35,712 bases of DNA from a virus. Lineage: Duplodnaviria; Heunggongvirae; Uroviricota; Caudoviricetes. Position 1 is the stretch's first letter, and every line of letters begins with the position of its first letter. Both the position numbers and the translations under genes were made by a program. A model generated the notes under the pieces. It was not told the origin of the DNA. It worked only from the letters and a program-made list of their open reading frames with translations, and searched no databases. Below, one piece after another: positions 31,308 through 35,712 of the stretch. The stretch lies in the IMG/VR virus record IMGVR_UViG_2563366825_000016; one strand, written 5' to 3'.

Positions 31308-31730
31308 ATGTTCCTGAAAACCGAATCATTTGAACATAACGGTGTGACCGTCACGCTTTCTGAACTGTCAGCCCTGCAGCGCATTGAGCATCTCGCCCTG
31401 ATGAAACGGCAGGCAGAACAGGCGGAGTCAGACAGCAACCGGAAGTTTACTGTGGAAGACGCCATCAGAACCGGCGCGTTTCTGGTGGCGATGTCCCTGT
31501 GGCATAACCATCCGCAGAAGACGCAGATGCCGTCCATGAATGAAGCCGTTAAACAGATTGAGCAGGAAGTGCTTACCACCTGGCCCACGGAGGCAATTTC
31601 TCATGCTGAAAACGTGGTGTACCGGCTGTCTGGTATGTATGAGTTTGTGGTGAATGATGCCCCTGAACAGGCAGAGGACGCCGGGCCTGCAGAGCCTGTT
31701 TCTGCGGGAAAGTGTTCGACGGTGAGCTGA
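31308..31730 (+). CDS. G: Tail assembly chaperone G (140 aa)
   Basis: MFLKTESFEHNGVTVTLSELSALQRIEHLALMKRQAEQAESDSNRKFTVED... matches lambda gpG. Confidence 0.95.
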   Translation: MFLKTESFEHNGVTVTLSELSALQRIEHLALMKRQAEQAESDSNRKFTVEDAIRTGAFLVAMSLWHNHPQKTQMPSMNEAVKQIEQEVLTTWPTEAISHAENVVYRLSGMYEFVVNDAPEQAEDAGPAEPVSAGKCSTVS

Positions 31731-32146
31731 GTTTTGCCCTGAAACTGGCGCGCGAGATGGGGCGACCCGACTGGCGTGCCATGCTTGCCGGGATGTCATC
31801 CACGGAGTATGCCGACTGGCACCGCTTTTACAGTACCCATTATTTTCATGATGTTCTGCTGGATATGCACTTTTCCGGGCTGACGTACACCGTGCTCAGC
31901 CTGTTTTTCAGCGATCCGGATATGCATCCGCTGGATTTCAGTCTGCTGAACCGGCGCGAGGCTGACGAAGAGCCTGAAGATGATGTGCTGATGCAGAAAG
32001 CGGCAGGGCTTGCCGGAGGCGTTCGTTTTGGCCCGGACGGGAATGAAGTTATCCCCGCTTCCCCGGATGTGGCGGACATGACGGAGGATGACGTAATGCT
32101 GATGACAGTATCAGAAGGGATCGCAGGAGGAGTCCGGTATGGCTGA
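31712..32146 (+). CDS. T: Tail assembly chaperone T frame (expressed as G-T fusion by programmed -1 frameshift)
   Basis: ORF in the -1 frame overlapping the 3' end of G; slippery heptamer GGGAAAG at 31706-31712, as in lambda. Confidence 0.85.
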   Translation: MFDGELSFALKLAREMGRPDWRAMLAGMSSTEYADWHRFYSTHYFHDVLLDMHFSGLTYTVLSLFFSDPDMHPLDFSLLNRREADEEPEDDVLMQKAAGLAGGVRFGPDGNEVIPASPDVADMTEDDVMLMTVSEGIAGGVRYG

Positions 32147-34688
32147 ACCGGTAGGCGATCTGGTCGTTGATTTAAGTCTGGATGCGGCCAGATTTGACGA
32201 GCAGATGGCCAGAGTCAGGCGTCATTTTTCCGGTACGGAAACTGATGCGAAAAAAACAGCGGCAGTCGTTGAACAGTCGCTGAGCCGACAGGCGCTGGCT
32301 GCACAGAAAGCGGGGATTTCCGTCGGGCAGTATAAAGCCGCCATGCGTATGCTGCCTGCACAGTTCACCGACGTGGCCACGCAGCTTGCAGGCGGGCAAA
32401 GTCCGTGGCTGATCCTGCTGCAACAGGGTGGTCAGGTTAAGGACTCCTTCGGCGGGATGATCCCCATGTTCAGGGGGCTTGCCGGTGCGATCACCCTGCC
32501 GATGGTGGGGGCCACCTCGCTGGCGGTGGCGACCGGTGCGCTGGCGTATGCCTGGTATCAGGGCAACTCAACCCTGTCCGATTTCAACAAAACGCTGGTC
32601 CTTTCCGGCAATCAGGCGGGACTGACGGCAGATCGTATTCTGGCCCTGTCCAGAGCCGGGCAGGCGGCAGGGCTGACGTTTAACCAGACCAGCGAGTCAC
32701 TCAGCGCACTGGTTAAGGCGGGGGTAAGCGGTGAGGCTCAGATTGCGTCCATCAGCCAGAGTGTGGCGCGTTTCTCCTCTGCATCCGGCGTGGAGGTGGA
32801 CAAGGTCGCTGAAGCCTTCGGGAAGCTGACCACAGACCCGACGTCGGGGCTGACGGCGATGGCACGCCAGTTCCATAACGTGACGGCGGAGCAGATTGCG
32901 TATGTTGCTCAGTTGCAGCGTTCCGGCGATGAAGCCGGGGCATTGCAGGCGGCGAACGAGGCCGCAACGAAAGGGTTTGATGACCAGACCCGCCGCCTGA
33001 AAGAGAACATGGGCACGCTGGAGACCTGGGCAGACAGGACAGCACGGGCATTCAAATCCATGTGGGATGCGGTGCTGGATATTGGTCGTCCTGATACCGC
33101 GCAGGAGATGCTGATTAAGGCAGAGGCTGCGTTTAAGAAAGCAGACGACATCTGGAATCTGCGCAAGGATGATTATTTTGTTAACGATGAAGCGCGGGCG
33201 CGTTACTGGGATGATCGTGAAAAGGCCCGTCTTGCGCTTGAAGCCGCCCGAAAGAAGGCTGAGCAGCAGACTCAACAGGACAAAAATGCGCAGCAGCAGA
33301 GCGATACCGAAGCGTCACGGCTGAAATATACCGAAGAGGCGCAGAAGGCTTACGAACGGCTGCAGACGCCGCTGGAGAAATATACCGCCCGTCAGGAAGA
33401 ACTGAACAAGGCACTGAAAGACGGGAAAATCCTGCAGGCGGATTACAACACGCTGATGGCGGCGGCGAAAAAGGATTATGAAGCGACGCTGAAAAAGCCG
33501 AAACAGTCCGGCGTGAAGGTGTCTGCGGGCGATCGTCAGGAAGACAGTGCTCATGCTGCCCTGCTGACGCTTCAGGCAGAACTCCGGACGCTGGAGAAGC
33601 ATGCCGGAGCAAATGAGAAAATCAGCCAGCAGCGCCGGGATTTGTGGAAGGCGGAGAGTCAGTTCGCGGTACTGGAGGAGGCGGCACAACGTCGCCAGCT
33701 GTCCGCACAGGAGAAATCCCTGCTGGCGCATAAAGATGAGACGCTGGAGTACAAACGCCAGCTGGCTGCACTTGGCGACAAGGTTACGTATCAGGAGCGC
33801 CTGAACGCGCTGGCGCAGCAGGCGGATAAATTCGCACAGCAGCAACGGGCAAAACGGGCCGCCATTGATGCGAAAAGCCGGGGGCTGACTGACCGGCAGG
33901 CAGAACGGGAAGCCACGGAACAGCGCCTGAAGGAACAGTATGGCGATAATCCGCTGGCGCTGAATAACGTCATGTCAGAGCAGAAAAAGACCTGGGCGGC
34001 TGAAGACCAGCTTCGCGGGAGCTGGATGGCTGGCCTCAAGTCCGGCTGGAGCGAGTGGAAAGAGAGTGCCACGGACAGTATGTCGCAGGTTAAAAGTGCT
34101 GCCACGCAGACCTTTGATGGTATTGCGCAGAATATGGCGGCGATGCTGACCGGCAGTGAGCAGAACTGGCGCAGCTTCACCCGTTCCGTGCTGTCCATGA
34201 TGACAGAAATTCTGCTTAAGCAGGCAATGGTGGGGATTGTCGGAAGTATAGGCAGCGCCATTGGCGGCGGCGCATCAGCGTCAGGCGGTACAGCCATTCA
34301 GGCAGCTGCGGCGAAATTCCATTTTGCGACCGGAGGGTTTACGGGAACCGGCGGCAAATATGAGCCAGCGGGGATTGTTCACCGTGGTGAGTTTGTCTTC
34401 ACGAAGGAGGCAACCAGCCGGATTGGCGTGGGAAATCTTTACCGGCTGATGCGCGGCTATGCCACCGGCGGTTATGTCGGTACACCGGGCAGCATGGCGG
34501 ACAGCCGGTCGCAGGCGTCCGGGACGTTTGAGCAGAATAACCATGTGGTGATTAACAACGACGGCACGAACGGTCAGATAGGGCCACAGGCACTGAAGGC
34601 TGTTTATGACGTAGCCCGTAAGGCGGCAATGGATGTTGTGACCGGGCAGATGCGCGATGGTGGTCTGTTCTCCGGAGGTGGACGATGA
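32139..34688 (+). CDS. H: Tail tape measure protein H (849 aa)
   Basis: Long helical/coiled-coil protein; matches lambda gpH (which I recall as 853 aa; here 849 aa). Confidence 0.95.
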   Translation: MAEPVGDLVVDLSLDAARFDEQMARVRRHFSGTETDAKKTAAVVEQSLSRQALAAQKAGISVGQYKAAMRMLPAQFTDVATQLAGGQSPWLILLQQGGQVKDSFGGMIPMFRGLAGAITLPMVGATSLAVATGALAYAWYQGNSTLSDFNKTLVLSGNQAGLTADRILALSRAGQAAGLTFNQTSESLSALVKAGVSGEAQIASISQSVARFSSASGVEVDKVAEAFGKLTTDPTSGLTAMARQFHNVTAEQIAYVAQLQRSGDEAGALQAANEAATKGFDDQTRRLKENMGTLETWADRTARAFKSMWDAVLDIGRPDTAQEMLIKAEAAFKKADDIWNLRKDDYFVNDEARARYWDDREKARLALEAARKKAEQQTQQDKNAQQQSDTEASRLKYTEEAQKAYERLQTPLEKYTARQEELNKALKDGKILQADYNTLMAAAKKDYEATLKKPKQSGVKVSAGDRQEDSAHAALLTLQAELRTLEKHAGANEKISQQRRDLWKAESQFAVLEEAAQRRQLSAQEKSLLAHKDETLEYKRQLAALGDKVTYQERLNALAQQADKFAQQQRAKRAAIDAKSRGLTDRQAEREATEQRLKEQYGDNPLALNNVMSEQKKTWAAEDQLRGSWMAGLKSGWSEWKESATDSMSQVKSAATQTFDGIAQNMAAMLTGSEQNWRSFTRSVLSMMTEILLKQAMVGIVGSIGSAIGGGASASGGTAIQAAAAKFHFATGGFTGTGGKYEPAGIVHRGEFVFTKEATSRIGVGNLYRLMRGYATGGYVGTPGSMADSRSQASGTFEQNNHVVINNDGTNGQIGPQALKAVYDVARKAAMDVVTGQMRDGGLFSGGGR

Positions 34689-35014
34689 AAACCTTCCGCT
34701 GGAAAGTGAAACCCGGTATGGATGTGGCTTCGGCCCCTTCCGTAAGAAAGGTGCGCTTTGGTGATGGCTATTCCCAGCGAGCGCCTGCCGGGCTGAATGC
34801 CGACCTGAAAACGTACAGCGTGACGCTTTCTGTTCCCCGTTGGGAGGCCACGGCGCTTGAGTCGTTTCTGGCTGAGCACGGGGGCTGGAAATCCTTTCTG
34901 TGGACGCCGCCTTATGGCTACCGGCAGATAAAGGTGACCTGCGCAAAATGGTCGTCGCGGGTCAGTATGTTGCGTGTTGAGTTCAGCGCAGAGTTTGAAC
35001 AGGTGGTGAACTGA
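34685..35014 (+). CDS. M: Minor tail protein M (109 aa)
   Basis: MKTFRWKVKPGMDVASAPSVRKVRFGDGYSQRAPAGLNADLKTYSVTLSVP... matches lambda gpM. Confidence 0.95.
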   Translation: MKTFRWKVKPGMDVASAPSVRKVRFGDGYSQRAPAGLNADLKTYSVTLSVPRWEATALESFLAEHGGWKSFLWTPPYGYRQIKVTCAKWSSRVSMLRVEFSAEFEQVVN

Positions 35015-35712
35015 TGCAGGATATCCGACAGGAAACACTGAATGAATGCACCCGTGCGGAGCAGTCGGCCAGCGTGGTGCTCTGGGAAATCGATCTGACA
35101 GAGGTTGGTGGAGAACGTTATTTTTTCTGTAATGAGCAGAACGAAAAAGGTGAGCCGGTCACCTGGCAGGGGCGACAGTATCAGGCGTATCCCATTCAGG
35201 GGAGTGGTTTCGAACTGAATGGCAAAGGCACCAGTACGCGCCCCACGCTGACGGTTTCTAACCTGTATGGCATGGTCACCGGGATGGCGGAAGATCTGCA
35301 GAGTCTGGTCGGCGGAACGGTGGTCAGGCGTAAGGTTTATGCCCGTTTTCTGGATGCGGTGAACTTCGTCAACGGAAACAGCGACGCCGATCCGGAGCAG
35401 GAGGTGATTAGCCGCTGGCGCATCGAGCAGTGCAGCGAATTGAGCGCGGTCAGTGCCTCCTTTGTACTGTCCACGCCGACTGAAACGGATGGTGCCGTTT
35501 TTCCGGGGCGCATCATGCTGGCTAATACCTGCACCTGGACCTATCGCGGTGATGAGTGCGGTTATAACGGTCCGGCGGTCGCGGATGAATATGACCAGCC
35601 GACGTCCGATATCACGAAGGATAAATGCAGCAAATGCCTGAGTGGCTGTAAGTTTCGCAATAATGTCGTCAACTTTGGCGGCTTCCTTTCCATTAACAAA
35701 CTTTCGCAGTAA
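35014..35712 (+). CDS. L: Minor tail protein L (232 aa), complete, ends at the window edge
   Basis: MQDIRQETLNECTRAEQSASVVLWEIDLTEVGGERYFFCNEQNEKGEPV... matches lambda gpL; the stop codon TAA is the last 3 bases of the window. Confidence 0.95.
   Translation: MQDIRQETLNECTRAEQSASVVLWEIDLTEVGGERYFFCNEQNEKGEPVTWQGRQYQAYPIQGSGFELNGKGTSTRPTLTVSNLYGMVTGMAEDLQSLVGGTVVRRKVYARFLDAVNFVNGNSDADPEQEVISRWRIEQCSELSAVSASFVLSTPTETDGAVFPGRIMLANTCTWTYRGDECGYNGPAVADEYDQPTSDITKDKCSKCLSGCKFRNNVVNFGGFLSINKLSQ

Noticed and set aside
32697-34946. Multiple minus-strand ORFs (up to 221 aa) inside tape-measure gene H and M
   Set aside because: Antisense to the tape-measure ORF; repetitive, GC-rich region generates long spurious frames.

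Overview
This window is almost entirely one lambdoid prophage of an enterobacterial (E. coli-like) host, running from the 3' end of the integrase gene (pos 1) to the end of tail gene L (pos 35712). Reading left to right: int/xis, several small early-left genes, lambda-type exo-bet-gam, a non-lambda immunity region (cI, cro, a cII-position gene), replication genes O (with internal ori iterons) and P, ren, a nin-type region (ybcN-ninE-ybcO-rusA-ylcG-Q), an oppositely oriented porin gene (nmpC-like), a phage-21-type lysis cassette (pinholin, SAR endolysin, Rz/Rz1), bor, three small moron genes, a lambda-type cos site, and the lambda head/tail genes Nu1 through L. Gene identities rest on my recall of lambda and DLP12 proteins, not on a database search. 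The most interesting candidate is a translationally coupled two-gene module (157-aa protein with a nucleotidyltransferase-like GS...DxD motif plus a 310-aa protein of unknown function) sitting immediately downstream of cI, where lambda carries rexAB; I could not assign it to any known system. Other notable points: an IS21-family element (istA/istB) has split the holin gene with a 5-bp target duplication, and an AT-rich lipoprotein pair sits between ren and the nin region. No tRNA, rRNA or CRISPR array was seen.
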